A stretch of DNA of 64,000 nucleotides from an uncultured Vicinamibacterales bacterium (GCA_964396055.1 CAYNDV010000003.1:14423-78422), one strand, 5' to 3'; counted from the first letter of the stretch, positions 18,165 through 27,900 are shown. The notes: a model not told the origin generated them from the sequence alone. Numbers and translations are program-made.

Positions 18165-19557
18165 GCGGTTCCGGGTACTGATCGAAGCGCCGGGCCACGG
18201 GCTTGCCGAGCAACTGCTGATCGGCGTAGTCGAGCAGCGCCGCCCAGTCGTCGGCGGTGAGCCCGTGGCGGTGGTTCGCGTAGTGCACGCCCAGCCGGCC
18301 GCGCGCGCCCAGCAGTTCGTAGGCCGGCGCCGCCCCGGCAACGGCCTGCCGCAGCGCGTTGGGCACGCAGTTCTGATCGTCGCTACCCTCCAGCGAGACG
18401 AACGCCCGCGGCGCCGCCAGCGCGATCAGCCAGTGCTGGTCGAACGGCAGCCGGTCCACGTCGGCCGCAAACGGGTACAGGTTCGGCGAGAACCAGTTCG
18501 GGTACTTCCGCATCATGTCGGCCAGGCCCTCGCGGCCGCCGCCGCGCGCCCCATTGAACCGGTACGCGCCCGTACCGCCGGCACCGCTGCCCGCCGGCGC
18601 CACGAGCGCGATCCGCTCGTCGAACGCACCGGCCACCAGCACGGCCTTGCCGATGCGCGAGTGGCCGGTGACGATGAACCGCGCAGGGTCGGCGAAGGCC
18701 TGCGTCTCGAGATAGTCGAGCACGCGCGACATCCCCCACGCCCAGCCGGCGGCCAGTCCCCAGTCGTGGCCCGGGTACGCCGGGTAGTAACGAGTCTTCC
18801 GGAACGACCAGCTGCCGTCGGCCTCGCGGCCGATGGTGTCTTCGCCCGTGTCCTGGTAGTGGTACGTCGCCAGGGCGTAGCCGCGGGCGAAGACCGCCGC
18901 GTGAGTGGCCGCCACCGACTCGGGATCCGATGGCAGCATCAGTGGAGGAGCAGGCGTGGCGGCGGGTCGGGCCGCCCGTGCGGCGGCTGCGGCTTCAGCG
19001 GTCCGCGCCGTCTGATCGCCAAGTGGCACCGACAGCGCGTCGAGGCCCTTGCCCTGCTCGGGCGGCCGCGCCATCACAGGCAGCACGTCGGCGCCAGGCG
19101 TCAGTGAGAACGACGGGAAGACGATCACCGGCATGCGCCCGTTCGCGGAGGCGGGCGTGAAGATCGCGACGTCGAACCCGTACGCCGCACGTGGACCGAA
19201 CGACAGCCGGACCAGTGTGTAGCGGACGGTGCCCTTCGCCACGACAGCCGACGTCAGTTCGCGGCCCTGCACGTTCCCGGGCGGCGGCGGCATCAGGCCG
19301 GTCGCGTACCAGGCCAGCCGTCGCTGCATCTCGCTCCGCCGCTGCCGCCACTGCCCGGCGGTGGTCACCCTCCGCCCGTCCGCGAACGTCAGCACGTCCG
19401 GCATCTCGACCCGGACCGGCAACTCCGCCACGCCGGGCATCGTCCCGAGGGCGGTCCTGATGGGTGGCACCGGCACGCGAGAAGGCGTCCCTTGTGCCGC
19501 CATCGTGGCGGTGACGCAGGAGAGAATGGCGGCCACGCCGGCCCGTCCGCGAATCAT
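18139..19557 (-). CDS. alpha/beta hydrolase, glucuronoyl-esterase (CE15)-like
   Basis: Nucleophile elbow VTGHSRIGKAVLVAGAFDERIALV resembles the bacterial CE15 G-H-S-R-x-G-K motif. Signal peptide is MIRGRAGVAAILSCVTATMAAQG from the in-frame ATG at 19557. The track start at 19584 overlaps a palindromic repeat. The 3' end overlaps yceI convergently by 26 nt. Confidence 0.6.
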   Translation of the reverse strand: MIRGRAGVAAILSCVTATMAAQGTPSRVPVPPIRTALGTMPGVAELPVRVEMPDVLTFADGRRVTTAGQWRQRRSEMQRRLAWYATGLMPPPPGNVQGRELTSAVVAKGTVRYTLVRLSFGPRAAYGFDVAIFTPASANGRMPVIVFPSFSLTPGADVLPVMARPPEQGKGLDALSVPLGDQTARTAEAAAAARAARPAATPAPPLMLPSDPESVAATHAAVFARGYALATYHYQDTGEDTIGREADGSWSFRKTRYYPAYPGHDWGLAAGWAWGMSRVLDYLETQAFADPARFIVTGHSRIGKAVLVAGAFDERIALVAPAGSGAGGTGAYRFNGARGGGREGLADMMRKYPNWFSPNLYPFAADVDRLPFDQHWLIALAAPRAFVSLEGSDDQNCVPNALRQAVAGAAPAYELLGARGRLGVHYANHRHGLTADDWAALLDYADQQLLGKPVARRFDQYPEPPTPPGSSS

Positions 19558-19577
19558 GCCGAGAGCATACCAGCCCC

Positions 19578-19598
19578 AAATCAATCCCGGATTGATTT
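19578..19598. repeat. AT-rich 21-bp perfect palindrome AAATCAATCC-C-GGATTGATTT (family copy 1)
   Basis: Read directly from the sequence. 10-bp arms around one central base. Intergenic. Confidence 0.9.
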
Positions 19599-19622
19599 AT
19601 GCAGTCCGCGTGCGCCGTGTAT

Positions 19623-19643
19623 AAATCAATCCGGGATTGATTT
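19623..19643. repeat. 21-bp palindrome AAATCAATCC-G-GGATTGATTT (copy 2)
   Basis: 24 nt from copy 1. Overlaps the stop codon of the gene at 19642..20379. Confidence 0.9.
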
Positions 19644-20379
19644 ACGCGGAGCCGCGGTGGTGCTGCCGAAGCCACGCGCGCGACGCCTCGTAGTCCGGGC
19701 ACATGCCGGCCACCTCGGCCCAGAACCGGCGCGAGTGGTTGAGGTGCTTCAGGTGAGCCAGTTCGTGGACGATGACGTAGTCGGCCACCGCGGCGGGGAA
19801 CTGGATCAGGCGCCAGTTGAGCGAGATGCGCCCGCTGGCCGAACACGATCCCCAGCGCGACCGCTGGTTGCGGATGCTGACCGCCGTGACCGTCAGCCCG
19901 TGGCGGCCGGCCAACTCCATCAGCCGCGCAGGCAGCTGCCGTGCCGCCACCTGCCGCATATGGTGCTCGACCGGACCGCGCAGGTTCGTCGCCGCCTCGG
20001 CGGGCGCGAGCAACGAGTGGTCGCCGTAGGTGACGCGGAGGCGCGAGGCTCCGACGGGTGCGACGGTGAGCGCCAGCGTTTCTCCCGCGAAGAGCACCTC
20101 GGTCCCCGCCACCCACGCCCGGCGTGTCGACACGGCCACCATCTGCTTGTAGCGCTGCTGCTCGATCCAGGCCCGCCGTTCGTCGACCAGGCGCAGCGCC
20201 TCGGCGCGTGACCCGCCCCGCGGCACGGTCACCCGAAGACTGCCATCCTCCGCCACGCGCAGGATGTAGTGCCGCGCGCGCCGGTGCCGGACGAACCGAA
20301 TCGCCACGGGATGGCCCGCCACGGTGACCACACCATCCCCGGGCGCGGGCGGCCGGCGGAACGGAAGCCCAAGCTGCAT
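19642..20379 (-). CDS. M48/YgjP-like (DUF45) zinc metallopeptidase
   Basis: 245 aa. Motifs SIRNQRSRWGSCS and YVIVHELAHLKHLNHS (HExxH), then FW..V. Confidence 0.8.
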   Translation of the reverse strand: MQLGLPFRRPPAPGDGVVTVAGHPVAIRFVRHRRARHYILRVAEDGSLRVTVPRGGSRAEALRLVDERRAWIEQQRYKQMVAVSTRRAWVAGTEVLFAGETLALTVAPVGASRLRVTYGDHSLLAPAEAATNLRGPVEHHMRQVAARQLPARLMELAGRHGLTVTAVSIRNQRSRWGSCSASGRISLNWRLIQFPAAVADYVIVHELAHLKHLNHSRRFWAEVAGMCPDYEASRAWLRQHHRGSA

Positions 20380-20449
20380 GCACTGCCAGTGTAGCGTCGG
20401 TCCTCCTCAGGTGTATGCTCTGGGGGACTGTTTTCAACAGGGAGGAACC

Positions 20450-21421
20450 ATGATGCGTCGCGCCGTGGTGTGCCTGGTGTGTGCCGTTGTGCTCATGTTG
20501 GTGTCAGTCCCGGACTCGGTCGCCCAGTCGGCCCGTCCGGACGAAGTGCGTCCGGCCGCCATCGTGGCGCCGCCCGTTGGCCTGAGCGATGAGGACCCCC
20601 TGGCCGTGCCCAGCGTGTACGTGCCCGCGAAGTACCGGGCGCGCGTCCCGTCTGCGCCGGTGCCGGGGGCGAACGCCGGCCTGTTGTTCACGCCGATGGA
20701 CAACAACGGCAACGCGACCATCATCATCTTCACCAACAGCAAGCCCAGGGCGGCGGTCATGCGTATCCTGTTCTGGGACCTCACCGGCGCGCTGGTGTCG
20801 GACACCAGCATCGCGGTGCCGGCCCTCGGTCAGGTCCGTGTCTGCACGGACGATCTGACGGCTGGGTTCCCGGCGAGCTGGGACGACATGATCCTGATCA
20901 ACACCACGGACTTCGTGTCGCGGGGCCAGATCATCGGCCCGACGTCCGTCAAGGTGGACGCCTACGTCGCGTGGAGCGGCACGTCCACCCATGACCCGCG
21001 CGCGCAGATTCCCACGTACCGAATCCGCTTCAAGGAACCGAGCAATGCCGGGCTCGCCCGGCGCTGGGTGTCCGTGCAGGACAATAACGAAAACGGGACG
21101 GCGCTGTTCTTCTACAACACGACGGGCACCGCTGCGACCGTGCAGGTTGCCGGGTACACGCTCGCGGGCGTGAAGATGGTCGACTTCACCATTCCGGTCC
21201 CAGCCGGGCAGGTGGTGCGCTGGTTCTGCGATACGCTCGCCGTGGCGCTGCCGCCCAGCTGGGTTGGCACCATCACGACGAACCTGGGCGACGACGTGAG
21301 CCACGTCCTCCTGACGCTGCCGACGGGCGTCAAGGTGGATGGGTACATCGCCTGGACCGCCGGCGCAGCCTACGATCCGAACGTGGCCGTGCCGGTGACC
21401 GAACTGGTCTTCATCAAGTAG
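20450..21421 (+). CDS. Secreted hypothetical protein made of two homologous ~120-aa domains
   Basis: GGAGG precedes the ATG at 20450. Signal peptide is MMRRAVVCLVCAVVLMLVSVPDSVAQS. The two halves share NAGL, DNN(G/E)N(A/G)T, I.VPA.GQV.R..CD.L....P.SW and PT.VKVD.Y.AW....DP. No known family recognised. Confidence 0.7.
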   Translation: MMRRAVVCLVCAVVLMLVSVPDSVAQSARPDEVRPAAIVAPPVGLSDEDPLAVPSVYVPAKYRARVPSAPVPGANAGLLFTPMDNNGNATIIIFTNSKPRAAVMRILFWDLTGALVSDTSIAVPALGQVRVCTDDLTAGFPASWDDMILINTTDFVSRGQIIGPTSVKVDAYVAWSGTSTHDPRAQIPTYRIRFKEPSNAGLARRWVSVQDNNENGTALFFYNTTGTAATVQVAGYTLAGVKMVDFTIPVPAGQVVRWFCDTLAVALPPSWVGTITTNLGDDVSHVLLTLPTGVKVDGYIAWTAGAAYDPNVAVPVTELVFIK

Positions 21422-21482
21422 CGCCGGCCCGAGACACGCCCGGGCCGGTCGACGCGTTCCCGCGCCGGCCGGCCCGGATCGC

Positions 21483-22298
21483 CTACAGATCCTTCCTGCC
21501 GAATACCACGAAGGCCGTGGTGGCGCCCACGGCGCCGATCGCCAGCAGCGTCGCGACGCTCGCCGTCGACAGCGGCGCGCCGGTGACGATTTCGAGCGGC
21601 GAGTAGAAGTGGAAGGGCGACACCCACGCGACCTGCCGGATCGTCGTCCAGGCTCGGGCAAGGTAGTCGATCAGGACGGTCACCAGGGCGGCGGCCGCAA
21701 CGAGGCCCACGGCCTGGCCGCGACGGCGCACGACACTCGCCACGGCCATCGCGATTCCGCCCCAGGCGATGAGCAGCGCCCACAGGTTCACCATGATGGC
21801 CGCGATGGTGGCCGGATCGGGCGCCGGCAGATCACTCCGCAGCATCCAGCGCACGCCGGCCGCCGTGCCCGCGCCCATGGCCGGCACCACGATCGTCGGG
21901 CACAGCACCACCAGCAGCAGCGTCCGGCCCATGACCGCCGTGCGAGGCACCGACCGGCTCAACACCAGGTCCGTGAAGCCGGCTTCCTGCTCGCCGACCG
22001 GTTCGGTGCCCGCCACGATCATCAGCGCCACGAGGGCGGCTTCCACCGCCGTGTGATAGTAGCCCAGCGCCACGATGCCCGACACCGACATCATGGTGAG
22101 GAACGACGGGCCCATCAGGGCCTTCACGTTCGGCGGGACGAGTGCGGCGATCTGGCCAAAGGCCGACGACGAGGCCAGCCAGTCGGCCAGGGCGGCCACG
22201 AGCACCTGGAAACCGGCCAGGATTCCCGTCATCGCCAGCAGCAGCGTCCGCAAACGCCGGAGCGAGTGACCCGTCAGGACGAGGGTGACGCGCGTCAT
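21483..22298 (-). CDS. ABC-2-type transporter permease
   Basis: 271 aa and about 6 hydrophobic helices. 4-nt overlap with the upstream ATPase gene. Confidence 0.7.
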   Translation of the reverse strand: MTRVTLVLTGHSLRRLRTLLLAMTGILAGFQVLVAALADWLASSSAFGQIAALVPPNVKALMGPSFLTMMSVSGIVALGYYHTAVEAALVALMIVAGTEPVGEQEAGFTDLVLSRSVPRTAVMGRTLLLVVLCPTIVVPAMGAGTAAGVRWMLRSDLPAPDPATIAAIMVNLWALLIAWGGIAMAVASVVRRRGQAVGLVAAAALVTVLIDYLARAWTTIRQVAWVSPFHFYSPLEIVTGAPLSTASVATLLAIGAVGATTAFVVFGRKDL

Positions 22299-23194
22299 GC
22301 GCGCCCCCGGTAGTAGTCGATGACGACGTCTTCGAGGCGGCGCTCCGCGATCTCGAGATCCGCGACCGGCAGGGTGCCCAGCAGGCGGACCAGCGGTCCC
22401 ATGTCATCGACCGTCCGCAGTTCCCATCGCCGAGGCCCGATGGCCGATGGCGCGAACCCGTCGGGCCACTCGCCGGGGGCCGCCACGTCGCGCTCGAACG
22501 TCACCCGGACGACGCGGGGGGCCAGCCGCCGCACGTCGGACACCGTCGCGTCGAGCACCAGTTCCCCGCGGCGGAGGAGGCCGATGCGGTCGCACACCCG
22601 TTCCACCTCGGACAGGACGTGCGACGACATGAAGACCGTCCGCCCGCGCGCCCGCACACCGTCGACGAGGCCGTAGAACGCCTCCTGCACGAGCGGGTCG
22701 AGGCCCTCGGTCGGTTCGTCGAGGATCAGCAGGGCGGGGTCCGACTGAAACGCCTGAACGATGCCCAGCTTGCGTTTCATGCCGGTGCTGTATTCGCGCA
22801 CGCGGCGGTCGAGATCGCCAGGCGCGAACGACAGGGTGTCGAGCAACTGCGCCTGATACGCAGGGTCGACGCGCGCCGACAGCCGGCCGAGCACCTCGAG
22901 CACCTGCCGACCGGTCATGTCCGGGTAGAGGCGCATCTCACCGGGGAGGTACCCGACGGAGGCACGCGCGGCGAGGCCGTCGCGCTGGCAGTCGTGGCCG
23001 AGGATCGACGCGCGGCCGCCGGTGGGCCGCAGCAGGTCGAGCAGGAGACGGATGGTGGTGGTCTTGCCCGCGCCGTTGAGACCAAGAAAGCCGAACACTT
23101 CGCCGGCCGGCACGCGCAGGGACAGGTGCTTGACCGCCACCAGGCGGCCGAAACGCTTCGTGAGCCCGTCGATGACGACTGGATCTTCGGTCAT
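22295..23194 (-). CDS. ABC transporter ATP-binding protein (ABC-2/DrrA-like)
   Basis: Walker A is GLNGAGKTTT, signature is YSTGMKRKLGIVQA, Walker B is LLILDEPTEGLD. Confidence 0.9.
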   Translation of the reverse strand: MTEDPVVIDGLTKRFGRLVAVKHLSLRVPAGEVFGFLGLNGAGKTTTIRLLLDLLRPTGGRASILGHDCQRDGLAARASVGYLPGEMRLYPDMTGRQVLEVLGRLSARVDPAYQAQLLDTLSFAPGDLDRRVREYSTGMKRKLGIVQAFQSDPALLILDEPTEGLDPLVQEAFYGLVDGVRARGRTVFMSSHVLSEVERVCDRIGLLRRGELVLDATVSDVRRLAPRVVRVTFERDVAAPGEWPDGFAPSAIGPRRWELRTVDDMGPLVRLLGTLPVADLEIAERRLEDVVIDYYRGRA

Positions 23195-23207
23195 CGGGCT
23201 GTCGAAC

Positions 23208-23249
23208 GGCCCGCAGCCGCCAGGAGTGGTTTCCCGGCGGCTGCGGGCC
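23208..23249 (-). other. Intercistronic stem-loop with a perfect 14-bp stem
   Basis: GGCCCGCAGCCGCC (23208-23221) pairs with GGCGGCTGCGGGCC (23236-23249), with a 14-nt loop. It sits between the BNR gene stop (23258) and the ABC ATPase start (23194). No U-tract. Confidence 0.5.
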
Positions 23250-23257
23250 CCACCCCG

Positions 23258-26200
23258 TTACTTGAACAACGGGTCAGGCGCGATCGTGAGCTTCTTCGTC
23301 GCGACGTCCTTGCCGTCCACGTTCAGCGTGACCGTGTAGACCCCGGGGTCCACCTGCGGAACCCGGGCGAACCGCCCGCCGCCGCCGGCCGGCACGGGCG
23401 GCTGGTTCTGCGGCGCCTGGCGGTTGAGATTCCAGAAGATCTTCTGGAGCCCCTTCTTCGCGCTCGGCGTCAGTTCCTGGACGGAGGTGCCATCCAGTTC
23501 CTTGATCGTGAGCTTCACGTTCTTGGCGTCGGCCTGCAGGTAGTAGTAGACGTTGGCCCCGACCGGCGGATTGTCGGCCTTCACCAGTTCGCCGTAGGTC
23601 TCGCCGCGGCGGTCGAAGCGGTTCCACTTCACGGCGGCCTGGGGCTCGAACAGGTACGCCGCCTGCTGGAACACCTCAGGCTTGAACTCCCGGATCGGCG
23701 CGATGTCCACCACCCAGAAGCCGCGGGCGTAGCTGCCGATGGCCATCTCGCGGTCGCGTTTCTGAATCGCCAGGTCCCGGATCACCATCGTCGGCTGCGA
23801 CGTGCTGAAGGCGGTCCACGTTCGGCCCTGGTCGATGGTCACCCAGATGCCGTAGTCGGTGCCCAGGTACAGCACGTTCGGGTTGGCCGGATCCTCTTCC
23901 ACGTCCCAGATCGGGTTGTTCATGCCCGCCGAGATGTCGGTCCACGTCTTGCCGAGGTCCTTCGTGACGAACAGCCACGTCTTGTCCTCGTTGTGGGTCC
24001 GGTAGCCGCTGAAGGCGACGTAACACGTCTGCTCGTCGTGCATCGACGGCACCACGCGCTTCACCCAGCGGTCGTACGGGATGAGGTCGCCCTTGACGCC
24101 GGGCTTCGGCTTGCCCGTGGCGTCGTAGAACTGGGCCGTGATGTTCGTCCAGTTCACCCCGCCGTCCGTCGTCACCTGCACGTTGCCGTCGTCGGTGCCC
24201 GCCCAGTAGAGACCGGCCTTCCTGGCCGATTCGGCGAACGAGTAGACCGTGGCCCACTGGAGGTTCGTCTTGCGCGACAGCCGGATCTTCTCCTTGTCCG
24301 CCTTCGTCAGGTCCGGGCTGATCTTCTGGAACGATCCCGTGGCACCGCGGCTGAGCGACCGCCACACGTACTGGTTCGCGATGTACACGATGCCCGGGTT
24401 GTGCGGCGAGAGGACGATGGGCGCGTTCCACTGATAGCGGTACGCCGGCTCGCCCCCAGCCGCCTGCTCGGGCGTGAGCCGCACGGCCAGCGGCTGGGTC
24501 TCGCCGGTGTTCAGGTTCTGCCGGCTGGACGAACCGAACTGGCTCTCGTAGTAGATGTACTCCGGGTTCCACCAGTCGCGCACCACGTAGAAGCCGTCGC
24601 CGGTGGGCAGGTACTTCCAGTCGGTCGGGAAGATGCCGTAGCTGTTGCGGTTCTGGGACGGGCCGATCCACGAGCCGTTGTCCTGCGTGCCGCCCATCAC
24701 GTTGTAGGGCTGCTCGTGGTCCACCGACACGTCGTAGAACTGCTGGGCCCTGATGCCGTTCTTCTGGCTCCAGTTCTTCCCGCCGTTCCAGGTCTCCGAC
24801 ACGGCGCCGTCGTTGCCGCTGAGGATGTGGTTCGAGTTGAGTGGGTCCACCCACACCACGCGGTGGTCGACGTGCGTCTTGCCCTGGCCGTCCCAGCCGG
24901 TCACGGCAAACGTCTTGCCGCCGTCCTTCGACACCGTGGTGTTCGTGTCGCCGCAGTAGAGCACCTGGTCGTTGTTCGGGTCGATGACGATGCGCCCGTA
25001 GTAGCCGCCCTCGGTCTGGTTCACCTGGGTGCTGCCGCCGACCAGCTTGTACTCCGTCATCGCCTTCCAGGTCTCGCCCTGATCCTCCGACCGGTACACC
25101 ACGCCGCTGCGCTTCGTCGGCTGCAGGATGGTCAACTGGCCCGCGTAGATCAGCTCGAGCGCGTGGCGGTTGATGATCTGCTGGCGCCCTTTCGCCTCGG
25201 TCGAGTCCGGCTTGGCCGGCTCCTTCTTCGTGAGCGCCTCGATCTCGGCGATCGAGGCAATGACGTCCTCGTCCTTCGCGTGCAGCTTTTTCGCCAGGCC
25301 CTGCAGCTTGGCAAGGTCGATGTTGTTCTTGACCAGGAAGTCCTTGTCGGCGATCTGATCGTTGAACGCCTTGACGACGTCTGCTTCCTTGTCTGCCGTC
25401 ACCAGCGTGAACTTCGGCAGCAGCTTCGCCATCTCCAGCGGCAGCTTGTAGGTCTTCAGCGTCGCCAGGCTGACGTCGGGCCGGAAGAGCGGCGTGCCCG
25501 CCGCCATCGCGCCGCCCCCGCCCATGCCAGGCCCCGCGGGCGTGGCGCGGAAGTTCGCGATGCCGTCACGCTCGGCGAACCCGAGGTTCACTTCCTCGTC
25601 CATGCGCGCGTACACGATCTTCGGGTTCTTCTCGAAGATGGCGAGGCCCGTGCGGCCGCGGGCCACGTTCTCGGCGAGGCCGTTCGTCAGCTTCTTCCAG
25701 GTCTTGCCGCCGTCGATCGTCTTGTAGAGATCGTTGCCGGCGTGGCGGTCGATGTAGGTCCAGGCCCGCCGGAACAGCTTGTAGGACGCGGCGATGACGA
25801 TGTCGGAGTTGGCCGGGTCGATCACGAAGTCGGCCACGCCGCGGTCCTTCGCCACCGACGCGAAGACGTTGGTCCACGTCTTGCCGCCGTCGGTGGTCTT
25901 GTAGAGCCCGCGCTCGCAGTCCATCTCGTTGTCGTACAGCTTGCCCTCGGCCGCCACGTAGACGATGTCGGGGTTCTTCGCGTCGATCTCGACCTTCGGG
26001 ATGAAGTAGCTCTTCTCGAGGCCCACCTTCGTCCACGTCTTCCCGGCGTCCGTGGACTTCCACACCCCGTTGCCGTGGGTGCTCGAGCGGGCGTGCATCG
26101 GCTCGCCGGTGCCCAGGTAGAAGACGTTCGGATTCGACGGGGCGATGGCCATCCAGCCCACGCTCAGCGTGCCGCCCTTCTCGAAGATCGGCTCGAAGTG

Positions 26201-26557
26201 GATGCCGCCGTCCTCGGTCTTCCACACGCCGCTCGAGGCCATCAGGGCGTAGTAGGTCTGGCTCTGGCCGCGCGGGACGGCAAAGCCCGTGACGCGGCCC
26301 GAGAAGGTCGTCGGGCCAATCCAGCGCCACGTGAACTGGTTGAAGTCGTCGGCGGTGAGCGCCGGGGCCGCCGCTGTGGCGGCGGGTGCGGGAGCCGGCG
26401 CCTGGGCCGGCGCGGCGGCCGGCTGGGCCGCAGCGGGCTTGGGCGGGGCCTGGGGAGCCTGCGCGGCGCCAATCACGCCCATCAGGCCCACCAACGCCGC
26501 CACCATCACGACACGCGATCTGGCGAATGAGTTCGACACGGTTCCTCCCCGGGACAT
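23258..26557 (-). CDS. BNR/Asp-box repeat (sortilin/VPS10-like) double-propeller protein, secreted
   Basis: In-frame ATG at 26557 (the track ORF extends to 27079). Signal segment is VVMVAALVGLMGVIGAAQA. At least 10 Asp-box-like motifs are present: STDAGKTWTK, TTDGGKTWTN, TIDGGKTWKK, SEDQGETWKA, SKDGGKTFAV, WNGGKNWSQ, TTDGGVNWTN, TKDLGKTWTD, TIDQGRTWTA. Confidence 0.8.
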   Translation of the reverse strand: MSRGGTVSNSFARSRVVMVAALVGLMGVIGAAQAPQAPPKPAAAQPAAAPAQAPAPAPAATAAAPALTADDFNQFTWRWIGPTTFSGRVTGFAVPRGQSQTYYALMASSGVWKTEDGGIHFEPIFEKGGTLSVGWMAIAPSNPNVFYLGTGEPMHARSSTHGNGVWKSTDAGKTWTKVGLEKSYFIPKVEIDAKNPDIVYVAAEGKLYDNEMDCERGLYKTTDGGKTWTNVFASVAKDRGVADFVIDPANSDIVIAASYKLFRRAWTYIDRHAGNDLYKTIDGGKTWKKLTNGLAENVARGRTGLAIFEKNPKIVYARMDEEVNLGFAERDGIANFRATPAGPGMGGGGAMAAGTPLFRPDVSLATLKTYKLPLEMAKLLPKFTLVTADKEADVVKAFNDQIADKDFLVKNNIDLAKLQGLAKKLHAKDEDVIASIAEIEALTKKEPAKPDSTEAKGRQQIINRHALELIYAGQLTILQPTKRSGVVYRSEDQGETWKAMTEYKLVGGSTQVNQTEGGYYGRIVIDPNNDQVLYCGDTNTTVSKDGGKTFAVTGWDGQGKTHVDHRVVWVDPLNSNHILSGNDGAVSETWNGGKNWSQKNGIRAQQFYDVSVDHEQPYNVMGGTQDNGSWIGPSQNRNSYGIFPTDWKYLPTGDGFYVVRDWWNPEYIYYESQFGSSSRQNLNTGETQPLAVRLTPEQAAGGEPAYRYQWNAPIVLSPHNPGIVYIANQYVWRSLSRGATGSFQKISPDLTKADKEKIRLSRKTNLQWATVYSFAESARKAGLYWAGTDDGNVQVTTDGGVNWTNITAQFYDATGKPKPGVKGDLIPYDRWVKRVVPSMHDEQTCYVAFSGYRTHNEDKTWLFVTKDLGKTWTDISAGMNNPIWDVEEDPANPNVLYLGTDYGIWVTIDQGRTWTAFSTSQPTMVIRDLAIQKRDREMAIGSYARGFWVVDIAPIREFKPEVFQQAAYLFEPQAAVKWNRFDRRGETYGELVKADNPPVGANVYYYLQADAKNVKLTIKELDGTSVQELTPSAKKGLQKIFWNLNRQAPQNQPPVPAGGGGRFARVPQVDPGVYTVTLNVDGKDVATKKLTIAPDPLFK

Positions 26558-26577
26558 GGCAAGAGCGACGATGTAGT

Positions 26578-27900
26578 TCAACTGCGCAGCAGGCCGGACG
26601 GTGTTGACCGGTGCCGCAGCCGTGGCCAGGCGGCCGCGTACCCCAGCACCACCACAAAGCAGACGAGCGGCACGCCGAACCCGGCCCGCATCGACCAGCG
26701 GTCGGCCATCGCGCCCATCACCAGCGGCATGACGGCACCGCCCACGATGGCCATCACGATGTAGGCGGCGGCCCGCTTGGCTTCGGCGCCGAGCCCGTCG
26801 ATCCCGAGGGCGAAGATCGTCGGGAACATGATCGACATGAAGAAAAACGTCGCGAAGAGCGCCGCCACCGACGCCCACCCCGCGGGCAGCATCACGACGG
26901 CCGTCACCACCACGTTGACCAGCGCGAAGGCCGACAGCATCGCATGCGCGCGGAAGCGGCGCAGCAACGCGGCGCCGATGAACCGCCCGGCCAGGAACAG
27001 GCCGAAGCCGCCGAACGACAGCAACTGCGACGCGGCCCGCTCCGTGATGCGCCGGCCCTCGGGCGTCTCGTGCGTCCACGCCGCCGGCAGCGCCGACGCG
27101 GCCTCAGCGCCGAGCACGGGCATGTCCGCCACGATGTAGTTGATGAAGAAGCTGAAGATGCCCGTCTGGGCGGCCACGTAGAAGAACTGGGCCACCACCG
27201 CCAGGACGAAGTGCGGGTGGCTCCAGATCGAACGGGCCGGCCCCGCCTGCGCGCCTCCGCCGTCGTCTTCACCCACCAGGTCGGGCATCTCGGCCCGGCT
27301 GAAGAGCAGCGCCAGCACCACCACCACGATGCCGATGCCCAGGTAGGGGAGGTAGAGGGTCTCGTTGCTGCGGTTTATCTCGCCCGTGGCCGACAACACG
27401 AACTGGCCGCCGATGAGGGGCCCCAGGATCCAGCCGACGCCATTGCAGCTCTGCGCCAGGTTGATGCGGGCCGCGCCGTACTCGGGCGGACCCAGGACCG
27501 TGGTGTACGGGTTCGCGACCGTCTCGAGGCAGGTCAGGCCGGTCGCCAGGATGAACAGACCGGTCAGGAACGCGCCGAACGTCCCGATGCGCGTCGCCGG
27601 AATGAACCAGAACGCGCCCACCGCAATGAGGCCGAGCCCCGTCACGATGGCCGCCTTGTAGCCGAAGCGGCGCGCGAGGCGCCCCGCCGGGATGGCCATC
27701 AGGAAGTAGCCCATGTAGTTGGCGAACTGCACGAACGCCGACTGGGCCTTGGTCACCTCCAGCGAGTTCTGGAAGTGCTTGTTCAGGACGTCGATCAGGC
27801 CGTTGCACAGGCCCCACAGCAGGAACAGGCTGCTGACCAGCGCGAAGGTGAAGGCATGATTGCGGCCGTCCCGGGTCCGGAACATCCCTGCCAGGCTCAT
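26578..27900 (-). CDS. fucP: MFS L-fucose:H+ symporter-family permease (FucP/GluP-like)
   Basis: In-frame ATG at 27900 gives MSLAGMFRTRDGRNHAFTFALVSSLFLLWGLCNGLIDVLNKHFQ (a FucP-type N-terminus). About 12 TM segments. Confidence 0.8.
   Translation of the reverse strand: MSLAGMFRTRDGRNHAFTFALVSSLFLLWGLCNGLIDVLNKHFQNSLEVTKAQSAFVQFANYMGYFLMAIPAGRLARRFGYKAAIVTGLGLIAVGAFWFIPATRIGTFGAFLTGLFILATGLTCLETVANPYTTVLGPPEYGAARINLAQSCNGVGWILGPLIGGQFVLSATGEINRSNETLYLPYLGIGIVVVVLALLFSRAEMPDLVGEDDGGGAQAGPARSIWSHPHFVLAVVAQFFYVAAQTGIFSFFINYIVADMPVLGAEAASALPAAWTHETPEGRRITERAASQLLSFGGFGLFLAGRFIGAALLRRFRAHAMLSAFALVNVVVTAVVMLPAGWASVAALFATFFFMSIMFPTIFALGIDGLGAEAKRAAAYIVMAIVGGAVMPLVMGAMADRWSMRAGFGVPLVCFVVVLGYAAAWPRLRHRSTPSGLLRS

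Noticed and set aside
22619-26530. 1303-aa plus-strand ORF
   Set aside because: It is antisense to the ABC ATPase and the BNR/Asp-box gene, whose translation carries at least 10 Asp-box motifs. This ORF is Arg/Val/Ala/His-rich with no motifs.
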